Of a stretch of DNA of 64,000 nt, positions 1-9,728 are shown piece by piece. Numbering within the stretch: position 1 is the stretch's first letter; every line of letters starts with the position of its first letter. Under the pieces are notes generated by a model. The model ran no database searches. It was not told the DNA's origin and saw nothing but the letters and a program-made list of their open reading frames with translations. A program made the position numbers and the translations under genes. Origin of the DNA: an uncultured virus (IMG/VR IMGVR_UViG_3300009681_000519) (taxonomy: Duplodnaviria; Heunggongvirae; Uroviricota; Caudoviricetes); IMG/VR virus record IMGVR_UViG_3300009681_000519. One strand, written 5' to 3'.

Positions 1-680
1 ACCACATACGAGATTCCTGGTTTTACCGCGGTTTGGTTATTGTGTATCACCTGAATCTCCGTGGAGAAGGGTGGTTTTTTCACCTGAACGATCGCCATCA
101 GTAGCAGGTTTTTTCGTATTTCTTCCCTCTTCTCGTCGGAAAGCGGAAAGTCCCAAAAAAAGGTATGGGTGATGGCAGTCGTATCTTCCAGTCCGGAGTC
201 CAGAAGAATCGGGAACCAATTGTTCCTGGACAAAAAATCCGACAACAATGCGTCGTTTGAGAGAGTTTGCGATCGACACAGCAAACCAATATAGGTCTCG
301 CGCGAAACCAACGCTTTCAACACATCCAGGTCATAGCCTTGCTCTAAATCGACGATAGGGAAGATGCCCCCGATCAAAAGGCCTTTGGCGATGCATTTCA
401 GCGCCTCGGCGGTTAGGTACGGAGAAGAAGAGAGATAGCGCCCGTCGCCAGCGGTGGCTTTCGTAGCCGGTTTCGTCCGCCCGATGATCGCTCCGCTGAC
501 TCCCAGTGCTTTCGCTTTGGCGGCCAAAACGTATCCGTATTCTTCCAACAAAGAAAGATATCCTACGGACCCCAAAGAGAAGAAGGTGACCCCTTCGAAG
601 ACTTCCGTGGGCTCTATCGAAAGAATTTTATAAACGGGATCCCCCTGAATCTCGATCGTTTCGTAGGCGCCCGCTTCCAT
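1..680 (-). CDS. Partial CDS running off the left edge; degenerate glycoside hydrolase family 3-like protein (start uncertain)
   Basis: Manual translation gives an open frame (…EEYGYVLAAKAKALGVSGAIIG…DGRYLSSSPYLTAEALKCIAKGLLIGGIFP…) resembling the GH3 N-terminal barrel without the KHF motif. Not in the ORF track because there is no stop in the window. Confidence 0.45.
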   Translation of the reverse strand, partial: MEAGAYETIEIQGDPVYKILSIEPTEVFEGVTFFSLGSVGYLSLLEEYGYVLAAKAKALGVSGAIIGRTKPATKATAGDGRYLSSSPYLTAEALKCIAKGLLIGGIFPIVDLEQGYDLDVLKALVSRETYIGLLCRSQTLSNDALLSDFLSRNNWFPILLDSGLEDTTAITHTFFWDFPLSDEKREEIRKNLLLMAIVQVKKPPFSTEIQVIHNNQTAVKPGISYV

Positions 681-1500
681 CGGGGAAAAAATCAGGAAAA
701 GCGTGAACCAAAGCCCAAAAAGCCCCCTCCCGGTTATTGTCCGGAGCGATCCAGGCCGCCCGATCCTTGAGAGCACGTTGCGCGTTGCCCATAGCAATCG
801 GATACCCTACCACCTCAAACCCGAAAGAATCGTTTTCGCCATCCCCTAGCATGACTGTCTTTTCGAGCGAAAAGTTCAATTTTAGCGCTATTTCGCGTAT
901 CGCGACCCCTTTGTTCGTTCCTGCCGGTACAAAATCCAAATAGGTCTCGAAGGATTTGAAGACGTTCGCACCCGCTATCTTACCTGCGAAAGCGCTTTGC
1001 AACCGATCGACGCGGTCTGGCGTATCGATCGCCAGGATCTTCACCGGTTCGACCCTGGTTTCTTCTGCCGTTCGTTCCAAATCCTCTTGAACAGCGACGT
1101 CCACACCGGAATGAAGGGCGTAAAGCTCGGCCCACTTAGCGGGCGGAGAGGAGAAGATACGCTCGTTCCAGTAGTATTGCCGATAGCTGCCCGCCTTCTT
1201 CAAAGCGTTCAGAATCTCTAAAGAAGTTTCAAAAGAGAACCGCCTAGAGTAAAAGGGATCCTTCTCTCCCGCCAAGTGGATTTGGCCGCCGTTGTAAGAA
1301 ATCATATGAAAGTGGCGTTCGAAGTGCCGTTCCACCCATCTTTTCATAGACAGGTACATCCTGCCTGAACAGAGAACCAGGGTCACGCCGTTGTCGGCGA
1401 GGGTTTGTATCGCCGCTTTGGTCCGGTCGGAAAGGCGCAGCCGGTCGTCTATCAGGGTGCCGTCGATGTCCAATATCGCCGCTTCGTACCTGACACTCAG
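628..1500 (-). CDS. Cof-type HAD-IIB family hydrolase (start codon uncertain, near the dxs stop)
   Basis: Motifs DIDGTL, CSGR, NKG and GDGEND…AMGNA. Confidence 0.9.
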   Translation of the reverse strand: MSVRYEAAILDIDGTLIDDRLRLSDRTKAAIQTLADNGVTLVLCSGRMYLSMKRWVERHFERHFHMISYNGGQIHLAGEKDPFYSRRFSFETSLEILNALKKAGSYRQYYWNERIFSSPPAKWAELYALHSGVDVAVQEDLERTAEETRVEPVKILAIDTPDRVDRLQSAFAGKIAGANVFKSFETYLDFVPAGTNKGVAIREIALKLNFSLEKTVMLGDGENDSFGFEVVGYPIAMGNAQRALKDRAAWIAPDNNREGAFWALVHAFPDFFPDGSGRLRNDRDSGGSRL

Positions 1501-3488
1501 CGCCGATCCCCCCAAAGGCCCGCCAAAGAACCCGACGGGTCTGTGTCCATTTTCTTCGAAAACACTCGAAATTGTGCGGCCAATCCATCGACGTCTAAGC
1601 CATAGCGACGGTATAGATGTTCGTTTTTCCCGTGTTCGATAAAAGCGTCCGGAAGTCCGATGTTGAGGAAGCCTTCGATCCGGTCTCCATAACGGCGCAA
1701 GAGCTCCAGGGTCAAATACTGTCCGAACCCCCCCACGGTCGTCCCCTCTTCGATGGTCACCACCCGTTTTGAAGAGGACGAAGAAAAGAAGAGGTCGATG
1801 GTCTCCCAATCCAGCGGTTTCGCGCGTATGGCGTCTATCACACGGTAGGAGGTCCCCAGCGCGGGAGCCGCAGCGATGGCCGTTTGCGTGATCGCACCCG
1901 TCGAAAAAAGCAAGGTCTCCGGCGTTCTTCCCTCCTGATCTGAGTCGAGCTGTTGCGCAACCGTTCCCCATCGAAGGACATCGTCGGTTTCGAGCTCCTC
2001 GATCCAGTCCCGCACGTGTTCTTCGGTTAACTCCTCGGCTTTTTTGGGGTATCGGATGAAGACGGGACCTTCCGAGGGCCACCGGTCAGTCACAATGCAT
2101 TTCAATACCGAAACGAGTTCACGTATGCTCCTCGGATTGTAGATCGTGGCGCCCGGTAAGGTCAACAGAAAACTCAAATCGAAAACCCCGTGATGGGTCG
2201 GGCCATCGTCGCCGACCAACCCTGCGCGATCCACGCAAAAGACGGCCCCTACCCTTTGCAATGCGATATCATGCACCAAAGCGTCATAGGCGCGTTGCAA
2301 AAAGGTCGAATAGACGGCGAAGACCGGATGCCAGCCTTTCAGCGCGAAGACACCAGTGAATAAGGTCGAGAAGGATTCGGTGATCCCGAGATCGAAAAAG
2401 CGATCCGGATACCGTTCACGAAAGGGAGACAGCCCCGTCCCGTCCGCCATCGCCGAGGTGACCGCGATCACCTTCGGGTCTCGGGCGGCTAACGCAGTGA
2501 GCGTCATTCCGAAAGCCTGACTAAAGGAAATCGTCTTCGAAGAGGCCACGAGCGTCCCGTCATCCAGGTGGAAGGGCCCGACCCCGTGGTACCGTGTCGG
2601 TTGAGACTCCGACCAGCCCTTTCCCTTTCCCTTTTGCGTGATCACGTGAATGATGGCCGGCTTCTTGAAATCGGTCTTCAAATTGTAGAAGACGCGTGAC
2701 AACAGGTCGATGTCGTGCCCGTCTACCGGGCCGATATATTTGAACCCCATCGCTTCGAACAGGTTCTGCGGCACGAGGTAAGACTTCATGCTATCGCGTA
2801 TCCTTTCTAAAATCGTTTCGAAAGGCTCCAGCCCGGTATTGGTCAGAAAACTCTTTATCTTCTGTTTCACCGTCGCGTACTTGGGGTTGGTCCGTAAAAG
2901 CGAAAAGCTACGCGCGAAGCTGCCAACGTTTTCGCCGATTGACATCCCGTTGTCGTTGATGACCACCCTCAGATAGGAGTTCAGATTCGACGCTTGGTTG
3001 AGCGCCTCTAACGCGCAACCGTTCGTCAAGGCGCCATCCCTTAACACCACGACCACATTGCCTTCTCGTTTTTCTTTCCGTAATACTTGCTCAAATCCCA
3101 ACCCCGCCCCGACTCCCGTTCCCACGTGACCGGCTCCGTAACTGTCATACGGAGACTCGAAGCGAGAGGTGAACCCGCTGATCCCCCCCATTTGCCGTAA
3201 GGTGTCGAACCTTTCGGCGCGCCCGGTGATCAGTTTGTGCGTGTAGGCCTGATGGCCCGTATCCCAAACGAGTATGTCTTCTTCCGGAAAATCGAATTGC
3301 CGGTAGAGCGCTAAGGTCAGTTCAACGGTTCCGAGATTTGAGGAGAGATGCCCGCCGTTTTTCGAGACCACTTCGAAAATGCGAGACCGAACCTCTGACG
3401 CGAGTTGTTCGAGTTCAGAGGACGAAGCCGTCTTTATCCGTGGTATCAGGTTCGACGAGTTCGTTAGGAAGCTCTCCATCTTTTTCAC
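1497..3488 (-). CDS. dxs: 1-deoxy-D-xylulose-5-phosphate synthase
   Basis: GGHLSSNLG, WDTGHQAYTHK, NDNGMSI, YSTFLQRAYD, DRAGLVGDDGPTHHG; typical xseA-xseB-dxs context. Confidence 0.96.
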   Translation of the reverse strand: MKKMESFLTNSSNLIPRIKTASSSELEQLASEVRSRIFEVVSKNGGHLSSNLGTVELTLALYRQFDFPEEDILVWDTGHQAYTHKLITGRAERFDTLRQMGGISGFTSRFESPYDSYGAGHVGTGVGAGLGFEQVLRKEKREGNVVVVLRDGALTNGCALEALNQASNLNSYLRVVINDNGMSIGENVGSFARSFSLLRTNPKYATVKQKIKSFLTNTGLEPFETILERIRDSMKSYLVPQNLFEAMGFKYIGPVDGHDIDLLSRVFYNLKTDFKKPAIIHVITQKGKGKGWSESQPTRYHGVGPFHLDDGTLVASSKTISFSQAFGMTLTALAARDPKVIAVTSAMADGTGLSPFRERYPDRFFDLGITESFSTLFTGVFALKGWHPVFAVYSTFLQRAYDALVHDIALQRVGAVFCVDRAGLVGDDGPTHHGVFDLSFLLTLPGATIYNPRSIRELVSVLKCIVTDRWPSEGPVFIRYPKKAEELTEEHVRDWIEELETDDVLRWGTVAQQLDSDQEGRTPETLLFSTGAITQTAIAAAPALGTSYRVIDAIRAKPLDWETIDLFFSSSSSKRVVTIEEGTTVGGFGQYLTLELLRRYGDRIEGFLNIGLPDAFIEHGKNEHLYRRYGLDVDGLAAQFRVFSKKMDTDPSGSLAGLWGDRR

Positions 3489-3696
3489 CCTCCAGCTCTC
3501 TCATCATTTCGGTCACTTTGACCTTGGCGTCGCGAAGGAGACCGGAGGCTTTCTGATAGAGTCCCACGGCTTCCTTAAATTTCGCCAAAACCGTATCCAA
3601 AGGTTCCTTTCCCGACTCCAACTCGTCGATCAAGGTCTCTATTTTCGTGAATATCTCTTCGATGCTCTGTGTGTCCGTTTCGTTCTCGTTTTTCAT
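3415..3696 (-). CDS. xseB: Exodeoxyribonuclease VII small subunit
   Basis: IEEIFTKIETLIDELESGKEPLD…FKEAVGL pattern; directly downstream of xseA. Confidence 0.9.
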   Translation of the reverse strand: MKNENETDTQSIEEIFTKIETLIDELESGKEPLDTVLAKFKEAVGLYQKASGLLRDAKVKVTEMMRELEGEKDGELPNELVEPDTTDKDGFVL

Positions 3697-3698
3697 CG

Positions 3699-4976
3699 TT
3701 ATTCCGCTCCTGATGGGTTCGTTCTTTTCGTAATAGCCTCTAGGGTTCCGTCTTTGAGCCTGACCGTAAACGGGTCGTTTTCACCGAATTTTACCACGGA
3801 AGAGACGATTTTTCCATCCACCTCGATCCAGGCGTAGCCTCGATGAAGGACGAGGCTCGGATCGAATCCCTTGACAATGCGGTAGAGCGCGTCCAACCGC
3901 GTCCCGATATCCTCGAGCCGCCGTACGGGCGACACGGAAAGGATACGGCGAAAATGGTCCTCCAGAGTGCGATCTATGGCTTGGCCTATGCTCTTCCCTG
4001 CAGAGGCCAAGCGGTGTCGTATCCGCCGCGCATTTTGCATTTCACGCAAAAGGGTTTGGTCCGGCCGGTAAAATCGCAGCAAACGGGCGAAACTCCGCGC
4101 CTTTTCCTCGATTCGATGGATGTGAAGGAGTAAGGACCGACGCGCATGATCCACCTTCTGCCGGTAATGTTCCATCGACGCGCGCAGGTCCGGGGACGCT
4201 TGCATAGCCGCGGCGGTCGGGGTGGAAGCGATGACGTCCGCCGCGTATTCCGAGAGCGTATGGTCGATCTCATGGCCAACGCCCACAATGATCGGTTTGC
4301 CGCATCCCCTCACCGCGCGAACGACAACCTCTTCGTTGAAGGCCCATAGGTCCTCGATGGAACCCCCTCCCCTGGCGAGGATCACCACGTCTGCCTCGCT
4401 CTGGGACGCCTGGCGCAGGGCTCGCACGATCTCCATTTTTGCGATCTCTCCTTGAACGCCCGTGTGAAACAACAGGATTTCGGCCACTGGGTAGCGCTTT
4501 TGCAGCGTTTTCTCGATGTCGGCGAAGGCGGCGGAACTCCGTGAGGCGACGACCCCGATCCTACGCGGAAAACGCGGAAGCTGTCTCTTTTCTTCGGGGG
4601 GCTTGGGGATGACTCCCTCCCGGTTAAGTCGCGTTTTCAGTTCTTCAAACCGGAGCTGGAGCAACCCCGCTGCGCTTTGTAACCGTATCGTCCGAACATA
4701 GAACTGTAGCTCTCCCCGCTCGGCGTATATCTTGAACTGCCCCGTCGCATCCACCACATTTCCTTCGGCGATCTTGCCCGCCAAAGACGGGGGTACAGAG
4801 AAATATACGGATTTGATCAGCCCGCCGGGGTCTTTCAAGGAAAAATAGGCGTGGCCGCGAACGACCTTCCAGCCGGAGACCTCTCCACGTACCGTTAGCG
4901 AACCCTGTAACACCTCGTCTCTCGCTAAAGCCAACTGCAAGATCATCAAACACTGGCCGACGCTGTAGACATCCAT
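3699..4976 (-). CDS. xseA: Exodeoxyribonuclease VII large subunit
   Basis: GEVSG…GHAYFSLKD OB fold, ARGGGSIEDLWAFN, GVGHEID, TPTAAA. Confidence 0.96.
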   Translation of the reverse strand: MDVYSVGQCLMILQLALARDEVLQGSLTVRGEVSGWKVVRGHAYFSLKDPGGLIKSVYFSVPPSLAGKIAEGNVVDATGQFKIYAERGELQFYVRTIRLQSAAGLLQLRFEELKTRLNREGVIPKPPEEKRQLPRFPRRIGVVASRSSAAFADIEKTLQKRYPVAEILLFHTGVQGEIAKMEIVRALRQASQSEADVVILARGGGSIEDLWAFNEEVVVRAVRGCGKPIIVGVGHEIDHTLSEYAADVIASTPTAAAMQASPDLRASMEHYRQKVDHARRSLLLHIHRIEEKARSFARLLRFYRPDQTLLREMQNARRIRHRLASAGKSIGQAIDRTLEDHFRRILSVSPVRRLEDIGTRLDALYRIVKGFDPSLVLHRGYAWIEVDGKIVSSVVKFGENDPFTVRLKDGTLEAITKRTNPSGAE

Positions 4977-5042
4977 AGGCTTGACATACCCCCATCCGGT
5001 ATATTATAATAGGGCGAAAAGACAAAAAAAGGAGTGACACAG

Positions 5043-5282
5043 ATGGATAAATCCATAACCGTTTATTCGACCCCGTTGTGCCCTTATTGTGTAATGGCAA
5101 AGAAATTCCTTAAAGAGGCCGGGTACGCGTTCAAAGACATCGACGTTTCCCGTGACGCCAATGCTGCCGAGCGAATGGTTCGAAAGTCCGGCCAGCGCGG
5201 AGTCCCAGTTTTAGAAATCGGGTCGGAAGTGATCGTCGGCTTCGACAAGGCCCGCATTAAAAGAGCCTTGGGTATCCTCTGA
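5043..5282 (+). CDS. Glutaredoxin-like protein (NrdH/YruB type)
   Basis: CPYC active site, GQRGVP, IVGFD; AAGGAG RBS upstream of ATG 5043. Confidence 0.9.
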   Translation: MDKSITVYSTPLCPYCVMAKKFLKEAGYAFKDIDVSRDANAAERMVRKSGQRGVPVLEIGSEVIVGFDKARIKRALGIL

Positions 5283-5299
5283 AGCGTCGTCCCGGCAGA

Positions 5300-7090
5300 T
5301 TATTCTCGTTTGGCCGCCATATCGTTATAGGCGGTCGTAACCAGTTCGGTAAAGCTTAAAGAACCTTCCAGGCAATCGGCGATCCCGTACTCGAAATCCC
5401 ATTGGCCGGGATGGACGTCTTTTGGAAGGGCTTGCATCATCAATTCTTTCAGTTTTTCCATTTTTTTCCTGCTGTCGTTCTTAACGATTTCCTGGAAGAA
5501 GATCAAAAATCGATCACCCGAATAGTGCCCGGCCAAATCTCCCGACCGGATATTCTCTCGTATGACTTTGGACACGGTTGCGAGGAAACGATTGGAGGTG
5601 TTCAGTCCGTACCGCTCGTTGATGATCCGGAAGTTACGAAGATTCGTCATCGCCAAAGAACAGCATCGTCTGTACCGTTGCGCTTTGTCCAGCTCGACCT
5701 GGACGAGCCGAGAGAAGTGCTCGAATCGATACAAGCCGGTAAAGGGGTCCAATTGCGTCTCGCGCTTAAGCTGGAATAATATGGCGGTGGTATACAAGAA
5801 GGTGAGCAACACCTCTTGTTTGATCGAAAAATCGCGTTCGGTGCACTCCTTCGAGGGTTCTAACAACACGCGGATACGGTTGTGTCCCTGCTCTATCGAA
5901 AACTCCTCAGACCCATTTTCGGGTATCGATATAGTCCCCTTTTGAAAGGCGATCTCATCGTTCAAGTACACAACCGCCTTTTCCACGGCCTGATCTGTCG
6001 AGAGGATCACGTTCGTGACCAAATCGATGGCTCGGGGGAAGGTGAAGTCTTCGGAAAAGGCGAACTTCTGCAGTAGCCTATTTACGGAAGAGACGCTTTG
6101 ATAGCTATCCCGTATGGATTCACTCAGGAGGGCGGATTTCCGAGTCAAACGGTCTATCTCTTTTTCGTATTCCGCGTTTTCGGAAACGATTTCTCGTATT
6201 TTCTCTCGAAGCTCCGTAGCGGGATCGTTCGGGCCGTAACGAGCGGCGGCGCCCTGGCCGAAAGCCCGCCGGTCCATTTCTTGAGACAACCTCCGAAAAG
6301 CGCTCGCTTGCTCTCTTTGTAGTCGTTTTATATGATGGCTCACGCCCCAGAGCACGATAAGTCCACCCAAAAACGGTATGATCGCCGTGAGGAACAGGAA
6401 AGGTATCGTTCGGTAAAAGGGCAACAGACGGGTCAAAGTCAAATTGGAGAAAGACGCGGAGCTGTAGAAGTAGTGTTCTCCTAAATACTTAACCATCACG
6501 GACCCCATCGATCGGTAGGTGGCAGGATCCGCAGAGTTTACCTCTTCGATGCCTTTCGCGTCAAAGTAAAAACCGTTCCCGTTCCGATCCGCGACGAACC
6601 CGCTCTCTACCGGAGGAAGCAGGGACTTCAAGCGGGTCAGCCATTCTTCGGCGAGGAAGGCGAAAACGGTGAGGGTTTCTCCCTCGGCAAGCGCATAGTA
6701 GAAATAGAGAGGTCCTTGGGGGGGTTTGCGCACAAAATCGGAGAGACAAGGATTCGCGTTTTTTGTGAGGAGCTTGATTTTGTCGTAGTTCTCCGGAGGG
6801 ATGAAGGGCCCGTCCACCGTTTGGTCCACGCTTGATGAAACCAAAGACCCCTTTTCATCCCACTTCCAGTATGCGTACGATCGCGGCGCCCTGTGCGGGT
6901 CTTGATCGGTCCTCTCTTTGAGGAGACTGTCGAAGGTAAGAGGAAAGGCGCTCACGATAGACAGCGTCCGGGCTTTCATCAACCCCGAATAATAGGAGCC
7001 GAAAAAGAAGCCGAGTATGACCAAAAAGGCGCAGTACAGGATCGTCCACCACAGCACGAAACGCTTCAATGCTACGGTCTTCGTTTTCAA
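5300..7090 (-). CDS. Membrane-anchored protein with degenerate GGDEF domain
   Basis: Two TM segments; C-terminal DPFTGL…INERYG…DLAGHYSGDRF (SGDRF replaces GGDEF, so probably inactive); GGGAGG RBS before TTG 7090. Confidence 0.8.
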   Translation of the reverse strand: MKTKTVALKRFVLWWTILYCAFLVILGFFFGSYYSGLMKARTLSIVSAFPLTFDSLLKERTDQDPHRAPRSYAYWKWDEKGSLVSSSVDQTVDGPFIPPENYDKIKLLTKNANPCLSDFVRKPPQGPLYFYYALAEGETLTVFAFLAEEWLTRLKSLLPPVESGFVADRNGNGFYFDAKGIEEVNSADPATYRSMGSVMVKYLGEHYFYSSASFSNLTLTRLLPFYRTIPFLFLTAIIPFLGGLIVLWGVSHHIKRLQREQASAFRRLSQEMDRRAFGQGAAARYGPNDPATELREKIREIVSENAEYEKEIDRLTRKSALLSESIRDSYQSVSSVNRLLQKFAFSEDFTFPRAIDLVTNVILSTDQAVEKAVVYLNDEIAFQKGTISIPENGSEEFSIEQGHNRIRVLLEPSKECTERDFSIKQEVLLTFLYTTAILFQLKRETQLDPFTGLYRFEHFSRLVQVELDKAQRYRRCCSLAMTNLRNFRIINERYGLNTSNRFLATVSKVIRENIRSGDLAGHYSGDRFLIFFQEIVKNDSRKKMEKLKELMMQALPKDVHPGQWDFEYGIADCLEGSLSFTELVTTAYNDMAAKRE

Positions 7091-7625
7091 GGGCACCCCT
7101 CCCAACCCTGCGTTATCGGGTCGTAACGTTTTTTTAATAGACTCCCACTGGCGGTGTATTCCCACAACGTCCACACCGCCTCCGATTGAGCGTTTCGCTG
7201 TTCCTGCGGAAGGAGTGAGATGGCGCGGGCGGATCGGGAGAACCAGTCGGCGGAAGGCTTCACCCCGCTCTGACCCTTATCGGAAAAAACCGCTTTCGAG
7301 GCCTCTACCACGTAGGTCACCCAAGGATAAACCGGCTCTGCCCATGAATACGCGGCTTCCGTTCCGAGCGAGGGTTTAAGGAGGAAACGGATACCGGCCA
7401 ACGTACGCGTATCCGTGTAGAAGGTATCGACCGGAATGCTCCAGGGTCCGAGGATGACGCGATCGAATTGCGAGAACTCCCAAGCTCGCGCGATCTGTGT
7501 GACCCACTCCGGCTCACACAGGAATAGAAAGAGTGCGTCGGACGACGAAGGTGGAGTGGGGGCACTCACACCGTCGAGCGACCATTTCACGGCTTCTTCG
7601 ACCGGAACCCATTGAAAGTCCACAC
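7087..7625 (-). pseudogene. 5'-truncated bacterial CDS cut at the junction with the high-GC phage segment
   Basis: Host-like coding frame (…DFQWVPVEEAVKWSLDG…) continues upstream only into off-frame phage sequence. Confidence 0.6.
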
Positions 7626-7886
7626 CGACCGACGGCGGGCGACACCGATATGCGTCGGCCCGGCGATGAACCACGACGACTCGGGCGGGCTCGCGGCTTC
7701 GAGGTCGGCAAGGAACCGCAACGCTGTGGCGCGCACGGTGCGGCGTTCGGCGAGCACGAGCGACAACGTGAGCCGCACGATGTTGTCGCTCGGCGGTTCG
7801 TGCGTGTTGACCCATGCGCAGGGAATGTTCGGTCGTTCGGTGTTCTTCGGTGTCGTCATGTCGGGTTCTCCTTGCAACGGCATCAT
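7587..7886 (-). CDS. Hypothetical phage protein, 3' end fused across the junction
   Basis: ATG overlaps the upstream stop; the frame terminates only inside the low-GC segment. Confidence 0.4.
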   Translation of the reverse strand: MMPLQGEPDMTTPKNTERPNIPCAWVNTHEPPSDNIVRLTLSLVLAERRTVRATALRFLADLEAASPPESSWFIAGPTHIGVARRRSVWTFNGFRSKKP

Positions 7887-8452
7887 GCCGCCTTCGCCTC
7901 GATGATGCGGGCAGTCTTCGTGCCGACGCACAGCACACCGGGGTACACCCGCACGAGCACGGCCCACAGCTTCCCGCGGTCGGCGACCGGCACCCGGCGC
8001 ACCTTCGCCTTGCCGTCCCACCGCCACCAGTTCGCGTGGGCCGCCTTGTTCCACTCGTCGTTGAACGGAGCCGCGACGAGCAGCATCCCGTCGGCCTCGG
8101 TCACGATGACCGCCCCGAACTGCGCCGCGATCGTCGTTGCGAGCTTCCGGTAGCCGAGCGCGTGGATGCACGCGACGAACCGCGGCACGTCGTCGCTCGA
8201 CCGGTTGCACGCGATGCGGTGCACGAGCTTGTTCGCCCATGCATGCGGGTCGGTCGGCCACGCGCCTTCGAGTTCAAGCCGCGCAACCGCGGCCCAATCG
8301 GGTGCCGCCTGCGCCTCGCCGAACCCGTGCTTCTTGCGGCAGTCGGGGCCGATGCCCGCCTCGACCGACACGGCGTCGAGCAGCGGGCGGCCGCAGCAGC
8401 AGCAATGGGTCGCGAGCATCGTCGTCGCGGGTGCGTTCTCGTAGTCGCTCAT
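7883..8452 (-). CDS. DUF6011-like zinc-finger protein
   Basis: CCCCGRPLLDAVSVEAGIGPDC matches the CxxCGRxLxDxxSxxxGIGPxC pattern; AAAGGAA RBS. Confidence 0.7.
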   Translation of the reverse strand: MSDYENAPATTMLATHCCCCGRPLLDAVSVEAGIGPDCRKKHGFGEAQAAPDWAAVARLELEGAWPTDPHAWANKLVHRIACNRSSDDVPRFVACIHALGYRKLATTIAAQFGAVIVTEADGMLLVAAPFNDEWNKAAHANWWRWDGKAKVRRVPVADRGKLWAVLVRVYPGVLCVGTKTARIIEAKAA

Positions 8453-8592
8453 CGTCGGGGTTCCTTTCGTCGGGGTCGTCGGTGCGTCGGGCAATGCGGC
8501 TGCCCGCACTGATCAGAGGCGAAAGTTCTATGCCGACGCGGCACGCCGGGCAAACTTTCGTGTGATAGGGTGCGATACCAAGGAGGCCCCAC

Positions 8593-9522
8593 ATGGTCAT
8601 CAAGCGAAACGTCACGATGAACGGTACAACGAAGGCGGTGCACCTCGGATGGGAACGGCAGATGCCCGACCCGCGCGATGAACACTACCGGTTGAAGCTG
8701 CACCGGGCGATGCTCGCCGCGTCGCAACCGCGGTTCGACAACCGCGAGATCTGCTCGCCGGTCGAGGACCAAGCCGACCTCGGGTCGTGCACCGCGAACG
8801 CCTTTGCTGCCCTCATCGAAGCGAACGAGCTTCGGGGCGGAACGCCGATGCTCGCCGGGCCGTCGGTGTCGGTCAGCACGCCGACCATGACGACCGACGG
8901 TTCGATCGTGTTCACGACAACCGTCAAGCCGTCGGCCGCACCCGCACGAACCCTCGTCGACGTGTCGCGGCTGCTGCACTATTACGCCACCCGCCGGTTG
9001 ATGGGCACGACCGGGCAGGATTCCGGCGCATCCTTCCGCAACACGATCCGAGCCGGTGTCGTGTACGGGGTCGCCGACGAGAAGCTGTGGCCCTACAACC
9101 CGGCGCAGTTCACCGTCAACCCGCCCGATGCGGTGTGGATCGAAGCCGCCCGGCACAAGGTCACGAGCTACCACGCCATCGCGAACGCCGACCTCGAAAC
9201 GATGAAGGCGACGCTGTGTTCGCGGTTCCTCGTCGGGTTCGGGTTCGCCGTGTACGATGCGATGCTGTCGGCCGATGTCGCGTCGAAAGGCATCCTGTGC
9301 CGACCCGCGGCCGGGGAGCAGTTGCAGGGCGGGCACGCCGTCGCCCTCGTCGGGTACGATGACGCAATGCCGATGCCCGACGGGTCACGGGGGGCGTTCC
9401 TCGTGCGCAACTCATGGGGGCCGAAGTGGGGCCTCGGCGGGTACTTCTGGATGGCCTACAACTACGTCGCCGACCCGCGGCTCGCCGCTGACTTCTGGGT
9501 CGTGCAGTCCTCCCCGCTCTGA
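8593..9522 (+). CDS. Papain-like C1A cysteine peptidase
   Basis: DQADLGSCTA (catalytic Cys), GGHAVALVGY (His), VRNSWG (Asn); AAGGAGG RBS. Confidence 0.92.
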   Translation: MVIKRNVTMNGTTKAVHLGWERQMPDPRDEHYRLKLHRAMLAASQPRFDNREICSPVEDQADLGSCTANAFAALIEANELRGGTPMLAGPSVSVSTPTMTTDGSIVFTTTVKPSAAPARTLVDVSRLLHYYATRRLMGTTGQDSGASFRNTIRAGVVYGVADEKLWPYNPAQFTVNPPDAVWIEAARHKVTSYHAIANADLETMKATLCSRFLVGFGFAVYDAMLSADVASKGILCRPAAGEQLQGGHAVALVGYDDAMPMPDGSRGAFLVRNSWGPKWGLGGYFWMAYNYVADPRLAADFWVVQSSPL

Positions 9523-9728
9523 ACCGACACGACCTCGTTCTTGCCGCCGAGCATGCACGCCCAGCACACGTGCTTCGCATCGCACGCCTCCCGATGCGCG
9601 TCGAGCGCGGCACCGACGACACCGGTGCCGGGGCAATGGTTCTCCTCGATGTCGAACTGCACGTCGTAGTCAACGTCGTCGGGCACCTCGACCTCGATCG
9701 TGTAGCTGCACCGCACCTTGACCTTCAT
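9462..9728 (-). CDS. Hypothetical Cys-containing phage protein
   Basis: MKVKVRCSY…; start overlaps upstream stop; GC3-biased codons. Confidence 0.5.
   Translation of the reverse strand: MKVKVRCSYTIEVEVPDDVDYDVQFDIEENHCPGTGVVGAALDAHREACDAKHVCWACMLGGKNEVVSVQSGEDCTTQKSAASRGSAT

Noticed and set aside
1..7625. Treating the left arm as the phage's host chromosome (integrated prophage)
   Set aside because: Large compositional mismatch, genes cut on both sides, and no att site or integrase.
7881..7891. Additional GCGGCATGATG promoter copy
   Set aside because: It coincides with an ATGA stop/start overlap and has no suitably spaced downstream start, so it is ambiguous and not counted.
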